From: an uncultured Rhodobacteraceae bacterium
Lineage (GTDB): Bacteria; Pseudomonadota; Alphaproteobacteria; Rhodobacterales; Rhodobacteraceae
Assembly: GCA_947498645.1 (NCBI GenBank)
Contig: CANMKS010000001.1
Coordinates: forward strand, 780,032-844,031
Length of the DNA: 64,000 nt
Direction: 5' to 3'
Position 1 is the stretch's first letter, and each line of letters opens with the position of its first letter. This document shows positions 57,239 through 64,000 of this stretch, one piece after another. The notes beneath the pieces were generated by a model, which was not told the origin of the DNA, ran no database searches, and was given only the letters and a program-made list of their open reading frames with translations. A program made the translations under genes and the position numbers.

Positions 57239-58155
57239 CTCCCGATATTGCCGGTTGCCTTGCGCTGCTGCGCCCGTTGCAGGCCCAGCATCCGCTCGCG
57301 CCAGATGATCAGAACACCGGCAAAGATTACGATACCTGCGCCGATCAGCATCGTGCCTGTCGGTACTTCATCAAAGATGAAGTACCCGATCAACAGCGCC
57401 AAAATCATCGAGGTATAATCAAACGGGGCCACCAGTGAGGCGTCGGCGTAACGATAGCTGGAGGTCAGCAAGATCTGCCCGACCCCGCCCAGCAAACCTG
57501 CCATGACCAGCATCAAGGCAACCTGCCAACCGGGCACCACCCAGCCCCACGGCAGCGTGAAAAGCGCCAGGAATGACGACGTGATGGTAAACCAGAACAC
57601 AATCGCCGCCGTGCCTTCCGTGGCAACCAGCTTGCGCACAAAGACCTGCGCCAGTGCCGCCAGCACTGCCCCCATCAGGACAACAATCGCGCCCAACGTC
57701 TCAGAGACATTCAGCGTCGCACCCACAGACAGGCGCGGCGACAACACGATCAAAACACCGATCATCCCAAGGCCAACAGCGGACAGACGAAAGGCGCGGA
57801 CGTTCTCATTCAGAAACATCGCGGCAAAGATCACAACCAACAACGGCGCGGCATAGCCAATCGCCGTGACCTCCGGTAGGGGTAAAAGACCCAGGCCGGT
57901 AAAGCCAAGCCCCATGGCCGACGTCCCCACCAATCCACGCCAGAAATGGCCCATCGGGTTGCTGGTTTTCCAACCATCACGCAACTCATGACGGATCGCC
58001 AGCCAACCCAGAATAATCGGCAACGCAAAGAAAGACCGAAAGAAAACAGCCTGCCCCGGCGGCACATCAACCGAGGCCGCTTTCACAAGGCTGGCCATGC
58101 CCATGAACATACAGACCGACATAATCTTGAATACGATGCCCCGAAGCGGCTGCAT
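57235..58155 (-). CDS. DMT/EamA transporter
   Basis: 10 TM segments; GQAVFFRS and ASLVAPFDY motifs. Confidence 0.88.
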   Translation of the reverse strand: MQPLRGIVFKIMSVCMFMGMASLVKAASVDVPPGQAVFFRSFFALPIILGWLAIRHELRDGWKTSNPMGHFWRGLVGTSAMGLGFTGLGLLPLPEVTAIGYAAPLLVVIFAAMFLNENVRAFRLSAVGLGMIGVLIVLSPRLSVGATLNVSETLGAIVVLMGAVLAALAQVFVRKLVATEGTAAIVFWFTITSSFLALFTLPWGWVVPGWQVALMLVMAGLLGGVGQILLTSSYRYADASLVAPFDYTSMILALLIGYFIFDEVPTGTMLIGAGIVIFAGVLIIWRERMLGLQRAQQRKATGNIGS

Positions 58156-58270
58156 GGCGGTCCCCTTTGGTGGCTACATTAGGACGCAGGCGCACCACAT
58201 TGAAGCCATTTTCGCTTGCTTAATGGTGCCGTTAGGTTATCCGCAACCAACACCACCTAAGAAGTGACAT

Positions 58271-59299
58271 ATGACAAAAACCGAGCAGACCACCCAGAAC
58301 ATGACCCCGCGTGACTGGGTTTTGATCCTCGCCAAATACCGCAACCCAAGCAGCCTGCGCAGCAGCTTCGAGCTGGCGGTCAGCCTGATCCCCTTTGTGG
58401 TGCTCTGGGTGCTGGCCTGTTGGGTCGCCCAATACAGCTATCTTGCCGCCTTCTTTATATCGGCGGCCAACGGTCTTTTCCTGCTGCGGCTCTTTTGTAT
58501 TCAGCACGACTGCGGGCACGGATCATTCTTTCAAAACCGCAACGTCAGTGACTGGATCGGGCGGGCGCTTGGCGTTGTGACGCTCACGCCCTACGATGTA
58601 TGGCGGCGCAGCCACTCGATCCACCACAGCCATGCGGGTGATCTTGATCAGCGCGGCATCGGCGATGTGATGACGCTGACCGTCGAAGAATACCACCAGC
58701 GCACGGCCTTCGGACGCCTGCTTTATCGGGCCTACCGGCATCCGCTTGTGATGTTTGGCCTGGGTCCAACCTATCTGTTTTTCCTGCAAAACCGCCTGCC
58801 ACTTGGCCTGATGGATCAGGGCAAGAAATACTGGATCAGCGCAATGGGCACAAATGCGGCCATCCTCACGATCCTTGGCACAATCGTCTACTTTGGTGGC
58901 TTTCAGGCGCTGTTTCTTGTGTTCCTGCCGACCACGCTGATTGCAGCCTCGATCGGCGTCTGGCTGTTCTACGTCCAACACCAGTTCGAAACGACCCATT
59001 GGGATCAGGCCAAAGACTGGCAATTGCACGAGGCCGCCCTGCATGGCAGCTCTCACTACGATCTACCGCCAATCCTGCGCTGGTTTACCGCCAATATCGG
59101 CATCCACCATGTGCATCACCTTTACAGCCGCATCCCATTCTATCGGCTGACCGAGGTGTTGCGCGACCACAATGAACTGGTTGAGGTCAGCCGCATGACC
59201 ATCGCGCAAAGCCTCAAATGCGCGAGCCTTGATCTCTGGGATGAAAAATCGCGCCGCCTTGTGTCTTTCGCAGCGGCGCGCAGGCTGGCGCGCGCGTAG
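58271..59299 (+). CDS. Membrane fatty acid desaturase (DesA/omega-6-like)
   Basis: Three His boxes: QHDCGH, RRSHSIHH and HHVHH. Confidence 0.9.
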   Translation: MTKTEQTTQNMTPRDWVLILAKYRNPSSLRSSFELAVSLIPFVVLWVLACWVAQYSYLAAFFISAANGLFLLRLFCIQHDCGHGSFFQNRNVSDWIGRALGVVTLTPYDVWRRSHSIHHSHAGDLDQRGIGDVMTLTVEEYHQRTAFGRLLYRAYRHPLVMFGLGPTYLFFLQNRLPLGLMDQGKKYWISAMGTNAAILTILGTIVYFGGFQALFLVFLPTTLIAASIGVWLFYVQHQFETTHWDQAKDWQLHEAALHGSSHYDLPPILRWFTANIGIHHVHHLYSRIPFYRLTEVLRDHNELVEVSRMTIAQSLKCASLDLWDEKSRRLVSFAAARRLARA

Positions 59300-59308
59300 G
59301 GTCTTGCC

Positions 59309-60460
59309 CTAGCGCGGCGTCACCCGCAGCACATCACCGGCATCGCGCAACACCAGAACTGATCCGTCCTGCAAAACCTCTACATCGCGGATGCGGCCAG
59401 CATCCGTCAGCAGACGTTCTTCGCCAACCACCCGGCCGCCTTCCAGCTTGAGCCGGACCAGCGCGCCGGGGTTCAGCGACCCGATCAACAGATCCCCCTG
59501 CCATTCGCTGTAAGGGCCGTCGTAAAACATCATGCCACCGGGTGCTATCACCGGGTCCCAATAATACACCGGCTCCTCATAACCGGCACCACTGGATCGG
59601 CCCCGGCCAACATCAGACCCGCGATAATTGATGCCATAGCTGACCGCCGGCCAGCCATAGTTCAGACCAGCCTCAGGACGGTTCAACTCATCCCCGCCGC
59701 GCGGCCCATGTTCAATGGTCCAAAGCGAGCCATCCGGCCCAATCGCCGCACCTTGCATATTGCGATGGCCCAACGACCAGACCTGATCATTACCGCCATT
59801 GCCCACAAACGGATTGTTGCGGGGCACCGTACCATCGGCATTCAGCCGGATCACCTTGCCATGGGTCGTGGTGATATCCTGCACCAAAGTGCCACTATCA
59901 CCCGCACCGCGATCACCAGTGGTAATCCAGACAGTACCATCCGCCATCGGAATGATACGGCTCCCGAAATGGCGCCCATTGCGAGCAGGCCAATCCTGCA
60001 CAAAGATATCCGTGGCATTGCGCAAACTACCGTCACGCTCCAGCGTTGCCCGTGCGGCGGCTGTCACAAAGCCGGGGCGTACAGTTTTGGCATAGGTCCA
60101 GAAAATCGTGCGGTCATTGGCAAAATCCGGCGAGACTGCGACATCCAGCAACCCGCCCTGACCCTCAACCGCAACCTCTGGCAGGCCGGTCAACGGGGCG
60201 CTGATACTGCCATCCTCATTGATCAGACGCAGAGTCCCGCTGCGTTCCGTAACCAGAAACTGGCCAGAACCCAGTGGCGCAATACCCCAGGGGCTATCCA
60301 GACCCTGCGCAAATACCGTGACCTCAACACGGGTCTCGGGCAGTGCAGGCGCGCGGGTCTGGTTTTCAAAGGCGGGTCGAAAATCAGCATTCGCCGGACC
60401 CTGGGCCACTTGCGCCACAGCGCTCACAGGCAACACCATCAAAGCAAGAATTCGGATCAT
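59309..60460 (-). CDS. PQQ-dependent aldose sugar dehydrogenase (YliI/Asd-like)
   Basis: Signal peptide; [32 protein letters not shown] and GRIRDV motifs. Confidence 0.9.
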   Translation of the reverse strand: MIRILALMVLPVSAVAQVAQGPANADFRPAFENQTRAPALPETRVEVTVFAQGLDSPWGIAPLGSGQFLVTERSGTLRLINEDGSISAPLTGLPEVAVEGQGGLLDVAVSPDFANDRTIFWTYAKTVRPGFVTAAARATLERDGSLRNATDIFVQDWPARNGRHFGSRIIPMADGTVWITTGDRGAGDSGTLVQDITTTHGKVIRLNADGTVPRNNPFVGNGGNDQVWSLGHRNMQGAAIGPDGSLWTIEHGPRGGDELNRPEAGLNYGWPAVSYGINYRGSDVGRGRSSGAGYEEPVYYWDPVIAPGGMMFYDGPYSEWQGDLLIGSLNPGALVRLKLEGGRVVGEERLLTDAGRIRDVEVLQDGSVLVLRDAGDVLRVTPR

Positions 60461-61506
60461 ATGCAGTCCTCCCTGAGCCGTAAGATAGCCCAGCGCGCCG
60501 CATCGGCCACCGCAGGATCAGGATCATCAACCAAAGGTGAAACAGCAGCGATCAGCGCACGATCACCCGAATTGCCAATCGCATAGGCCACATTGCGCAC
60601 AAAACGATCCCGCCCAATGCGCTTGACCGGCGAACCGGAAAAAAGCGCACGAAACGCCGCATCATCCAATTTGGCCAACGCGGCCAATGGCGGTGCCAAC
60701 AAATCATCGCGGGCCGCCAGCTTGGTATCGCGCCCTTCCTTGGCAAATTTGTTCCAGGGGCAAATCGCCAGACAATCATCGCAACCATAAATGCGATTGC
60801 CCATCAAGGCGCGCAAACCCACATCCACCGGGCCCTTATGCTCGATCGTCAGATAGGAAATGCAGCGCCGCGGATCGAGGCGATAAGGCGCAGGAAACGC
60901 TGCGGTGGGGCAAATATCCAGACAGGCGGTACATGACCCACAATGACTGACCTCAGCCTCGTCAACATCAAAGGCCAGGGTCGTAAAAATCGCCCCCAGA
61001 AAGAACCAGTTCCCCAGATCACGACTTAGCAAATTCGTATGCTTACCCTGCCAACCCAAACCGGCAGCCTGCGCCAGCGGCTTTTCCATCACCGGCGCCG
61101 TATCCACGAACACCTTGATCTCAGCGCCCGGCGCCTGTTCGATCAACCACCGCCCGACACGTTTCAAGCGCTTCTTGACCACATCATGATAGTCGCGATT
61201 CTGGGCATAAACACTGATCGCGGCACGGTCCGGCTCTTCCAAAACCGCCAAAGGATCATGCTCTGGCGTATAAGGCTCCGCCAACATGATCACCGATCGG
61301 GCTTCAGGCCATAACGCTGCGGGATCAGCGCGCCAATGCATCCGCTCCGCCATCCAGTTCATCTGCCCATGCAGCCCGGCATCAACAAAGGCGGCAAGCC
61401 GCCCCGGCAACTCCGGCACAGCATCGGGGCGACACACCCCAATCGATGCAAACCCGGCATCCAAAGCCTGCGCAACCAGGCGCTCTTTCAGGCTTCTTTT
61501 GTTCAT
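60457..61506 (-). CDS. queG: Epoxyqueuosine reductase
   Basis: [41 protein letters not shown] and [13 protein letters not shown] motifs. Confidence 0.95.
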   Translation of the reverse strand: MNKRSLKERLVAQALDAGFASIGVCRPDAVPELPGRLAAFVDAGLHGQMNWMAERMHWRADPAALWPEARSVIMLAEPYTPEHDPLAVLEEPDRAAISVYAQNRDYHDVVKKRLKRVGRWLIEQAPGAEIKVFVDTAPVMEKPLAQAAGLGWQGKHTNLLSRDLGNWFFLGAIFTTLAFDVDEAEVSHCGSCTACLDICPTAAFPAPYRLDPRRCISYLTIEHKGPVDVGLRALMGNRIYGCDDCLAICPWNKFAKEGRDTKLAARDDLLAPPLAALAKLDDAAFRALFSGSPVKRIGRDRFVRNVAYAIGNSGDRALIAAVSPLVDDPDPAVADAARWAILRLREDCI

Positions 61507-61549
61507 AAATATCTCGGGGGAGGCGCGCAGCGACGGGGGCAGAGCCCCC
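61493..61549 (+). repeat. REP-like dispersed repeat, copy D, overlapping the queG start
   Basis: CTTCTTTTGTTCATAAATATCTCGGGGGAG...GGGGGCAGAGCCCCC; matches copy A. Confidence 0.82.
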
Positions 61550-61563
61550 TCCGCCCTCTCGGT

Positions 61564-62229
61564 TCAAAAATCGAGATCAGCATAATGTGCAGCAGGCTGA
61601 AACCCCGGCACCTCATCCGCCAGAATGGATCGAAAGGCCGGACGGGATTTGATCTTGGCATACCAATCCTTCAGCACCTCATGCCGGTTCCAATCCACAT
61701 CACTTGTGTAATCCAGACACGACAGCTGCGCCGCAGCGGCAAAATCCGCCATTGTCATGTCATTGCCGGCCAGCCAGCGGCGCTCGTCCAGCAGACGTGC
61801 CATGTAATCAAGGTGGTATTTGATCGCCCTGGCACCCGCTTTCACATTGGTGCTGTCAGGGTATCCGGTGCCCATGACCTTGCGATAGACACGTTCGCCG
61901 ATCAGCTTTGCGGTCACCTCATGATAGAACTTGTCGTCAAACCACCCCACCAGACGGCGCACCTCGCAACGGGCCTCTGCGCCCGACGGAAACAGCGGCG
62001 GCGTGGGGTGGGTTTCATCCAGATACTCACAAATGGCCGCACTCTCAGACATGGTCCGGCTTCCCATCTTGAGCACGGGAACCTTGCCAGCAGGATTGCG
62101 GCGCAAAAAGTCGGGGTCTTGCTCCCAATAGCGTTCTTCAACCAGGCCAACCTCGATCTTCTTTTCGGCCATGCACAGGCGGACTTTGCGGCAAAACGGG
62201 GACAATGGATAATGATACAGGGTGTTCAT
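61564..62229 (-). CDS. fzlA: GST-fold FtsZ-binding protein FzlA
   Basis: LYHYPLSPFCRKVRL, ERYWE and WYAKIKSRPAFR motifs; in the conserved mtgA-fzlA-queG order. Confidence 0.8.
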   Translation of the reverse strand: MNTLYHYPLSPFCRKVRLCMAEKKIEVGLVEERYWEQDPDFLRRNPAGKVPVLKMGSRTMSESAAICEYLDETHPTPPLFPSGAEARCEVRRLVGWFDDKFYHEVTAKLIGERVYRKVMGTGYPDSTNVKAGARAIKYHLDYMARLLDERRWLAGNDMTMADFAAAAQLSCLDYTSDVDWNRHEVLKDWYAKIKSRPAFRSILADEVPGFQPAAHYADLDF

Positions 62230-62291
62230 GGGACGCTCATCAATGATCTTACTCCTCAATGCCGCAAGCGGCGGGGCGGATCAATGGGGCG

Positions 62292-63059
62292 TCAGCCCTC
62301 AAAGCAATCCGCGCGCCCATCTGCCGCAATCGTCGCAGCGCCACTGCGGATTTGTGCGGCGCGATTGCGTGTGAACGTGCTGGGGTTGCTGGCGGATCGG
62401 TTCTTGGGCGATGGCAGGATCGCCGCAAGACGCGCCGCCTGCGTGGCTGACAAATCACCGGCATCAATGCCAAAGTAATGGCGCGCGGCGGCCTGCACCC
62501 CGAATACGCCCTCGTCAAACTCGGCCACGTTCAGGTAGATCTCGACGATGCGGCGCTTGGACCAGATCGCCTCGCTCATCGGGGTCCAAAGCGCCTCGAT
62601 CGCCTTGCGCGCCCAACTGCGGCCATGCCACAGGAACACGTTCTTGACGACTTGCTGCGAAATGGTCGATGCCCCTCCGCGCCCACGTTCCACAGCGGCC
62701 TGAATGGCATTCACATCCAGCCCCCAATGCAGGCAGAAATTGGCATCTTCGGCGGCGACAACAGAGCGGGCCATCACAGGTGCGATATCTTCCATCGCAA
62801 CCCATTCGTGTTTGATATTGACCAAACGATGGGCCTCAGCACGCATGTAAGGCGTCGTTGGCGGGTTGATGACGGCATAAAGCAGGGTCCAGAGCAGGGC
62901 AAAACCGCACAGGGATACGATACCCCAAAAGATCACCCGCCGCACAAACCGCCGCGCCCGGGCAATCGGCCCCAGCTTTTGGGTTTTCTTCGCAGGTTTC
63001 TTCTTGGGTGCCGGCTTTTTCGCCGTGCGCTTCTTTGGTGTGCTCGCCTCTGCCATCAC
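62292..63059 (-). CDS. mtgA: Monofunctional peptidoglycan transglycosylase
   Basis: AAEDANFCLHWG, GGASTISQQVVKNVFLW, RK..E and EIYLNVAEF motifs. Confidence 0.93.
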   Translation of the reverse strand: MMAEASTPKKRTAKKPAPKKKPAKKTQKLGPIARARRFVRRVIFWGIVSLCGFALLWTLLYAVINPPTTPYMRAEAHRLVNIKHEWVAMEDIAPVMARSVVAAEDANFCLHWGLDVNAIQAAVERGRGGASTISQQVVKNVFLWHGRSWARKAIEALWTPMSEAIWSKRRIVEIYLNVAEFDEGVFGVQAAARHYFGIDAGDLSATQAARLAAILPSPKNRSASNPSTFTRNRAAQIRSGAATIAADGRADCFEG

Positions 63060-63105
63060 ATGACTTAAGCCATGGGCAAGGCGCAGGGGTCAAGAAGTTG
63101 CACCA

Positions 63106-63131
63106 CCCCCGCGCGATTTTCAGCGCGGGGG
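63106..63131. terminator. GC-rich hairpin after gltB
   Basis: CCCCCGCGC/GCGCGGGGG stem; no clear U-tract. Confidence 0.4.
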
Positions 63132-63139
63132 CGTGTCAT

Positions 63140-64000
63140 TTACTCCGCAGGGATCGCCGCGTCTTCGATGCTCAGGGGATGCGGCAAATGCACCAGCATT
63201 TCCTTTGGGCAAACCTGCACAAAGTTCCCTTTCTCCAGATCCCAGTGCTGCAACAGATCAGCAGCCTTGCGGCTCCCGGTCTCTGCCGCGTGGCGCTCAA
63301 TCAGACCTTTCAACTGGTCATGCCAGTGATCGACCGTCACCGGATTTGTCACCAGCGTTTCCATGTTGATCAGATCAGCCGATTCGCCTTTGGGATCATA
63401 CAGATAGGCCATCCCGCCTGTCATACCGGCACCAAAGTTGGCGCCAATCGACCCAAGGATCACAGCCACACCACCAGTCATATATTCACAGCCGTTGGTG
63501 CCACAGCCCTCGATCACGACTTTTGCGCCGGAATTGCGCACCGCAAACCGCTCGCCCGCGCGGCCGGCGGCAAACAGATAACCGTCGGTCGCACCATAAA
63601 GAACCGTGTTCCCGATGATGGTGTTATCCGATGCAACCAAGGGGCTGACCATTGGCGGGCGCACCACAATCGTACCGCCCGACAGGCCTTTGCCAACATA
63701 GTCATTGGCATCGCCCGACACCTCCAACTTTAGCCCCGGCGCTGCGAACGCGCCCAGCGACTGCCCCGCAGAGCCGCGCAGCTTCACCGTCAGGTGATCG
63801 GGTTGCAGATCATTACGCATACCAAAGTTCTGCACGATATGGCTCGACGTGCGCGTGCCGATGGTCCGCAGCGTGTTCTGCACGGCATAGTCCAGCTGCA
63901 TCTTCTCACCATCATTCAGGAACCGTGCGGCGTCCTTGACGATTTGCGCATCCAGCGTGTCATCCACGGCATTGCGCGGCTTGTTGCGATCATAGGTGAT
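63140..64000 (-). CDS. gltB: Glutamate synthase large subunit, C-terminal GXGXG domain (5' part outside window)
   Basis: GSAGQSLGAF, GDANDYVGKGLSGG, GERFAVRNSGA and GCEYMTGG motifs; frame open to the window edge. Confidence 0.95.
   Translation of the reverse strand: MTYDRNKPRNAVDDTLDAQIVKDAARFLNDGEKMQLDYAVQNTLRTIGTRTSSHIVQNFGMRNDLQPDHLTVKLRGSAGQSLGAFAAPGLKLEVSGDANDYVGKGLSGGTIVVRPPMVSPLVASDNTIIGNTVLYGATDGYLFAAGRAGERFAVRNSGAKVVIEGCGTNGCEYMTGGVAVILGSIGANFGAGMTGGMAYLYDPKGESADLINMETLVTNPVTVDHWHDQLKGLIERHAAETGSRKAADLLQHWDLEKGNFVQVCPKEMLVHLPHPLSIEDAAIPAE

Noticed and set aside
58220-58235. Possible CtrA box upstream of the desaturase (TTAA-N8-TTAG)
   Set aside because: Spacing and second half-site deviate from TTAA-N7-TTAA.

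Overview
High-GC alphaproteobacterial chromosomal segment. Gene content and order (petP-petR/ilvE, dxs-ispA-xseB, gltB-mtgA-fzlA-queG) point to a Roseobacter-group member of the Rhodobacterales; that assignment is an inference. The window is mostly housekeeping and metabolic genes: a Ynj-like ABC transporter, a GT2/GtrA/GT-C glycosylation trio, copCD, an FMN riboswitch-ribH2-panBC block, a complete RutR-controlled reductive pyrimidine catabolism cluster with its ABC importer, sugar-acid catabolism genes and a BacNaV sodium channel. An accessory region of about 9.5 kb (about 39.7-49.2 kb) carries an in-frame aminotransferase::2OG-Fe(II) oxygenase fusion, a divergent rpsU, a GST bracketed by degenerate repeats, an SBP56/SELENBP1-like gene with a His-rich membrane partner, and DUF6065. 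Two small REP-like repeat families recur. I found no tRNA, rRNA, CRISPR array, integrase or transposase. The best candidates for undescribed biology are the AglB/STT3-like GT-C lacking the WWDYG motif within a three-component glycosylation locus, the aminotransferase-oxygenase fusion, the degenerate ~46-bp repeat units around cassette-like genes, and a possible beta-alanine supply cluster around panBC. All family assignments come from motif recognition by eye; no database searches were run.
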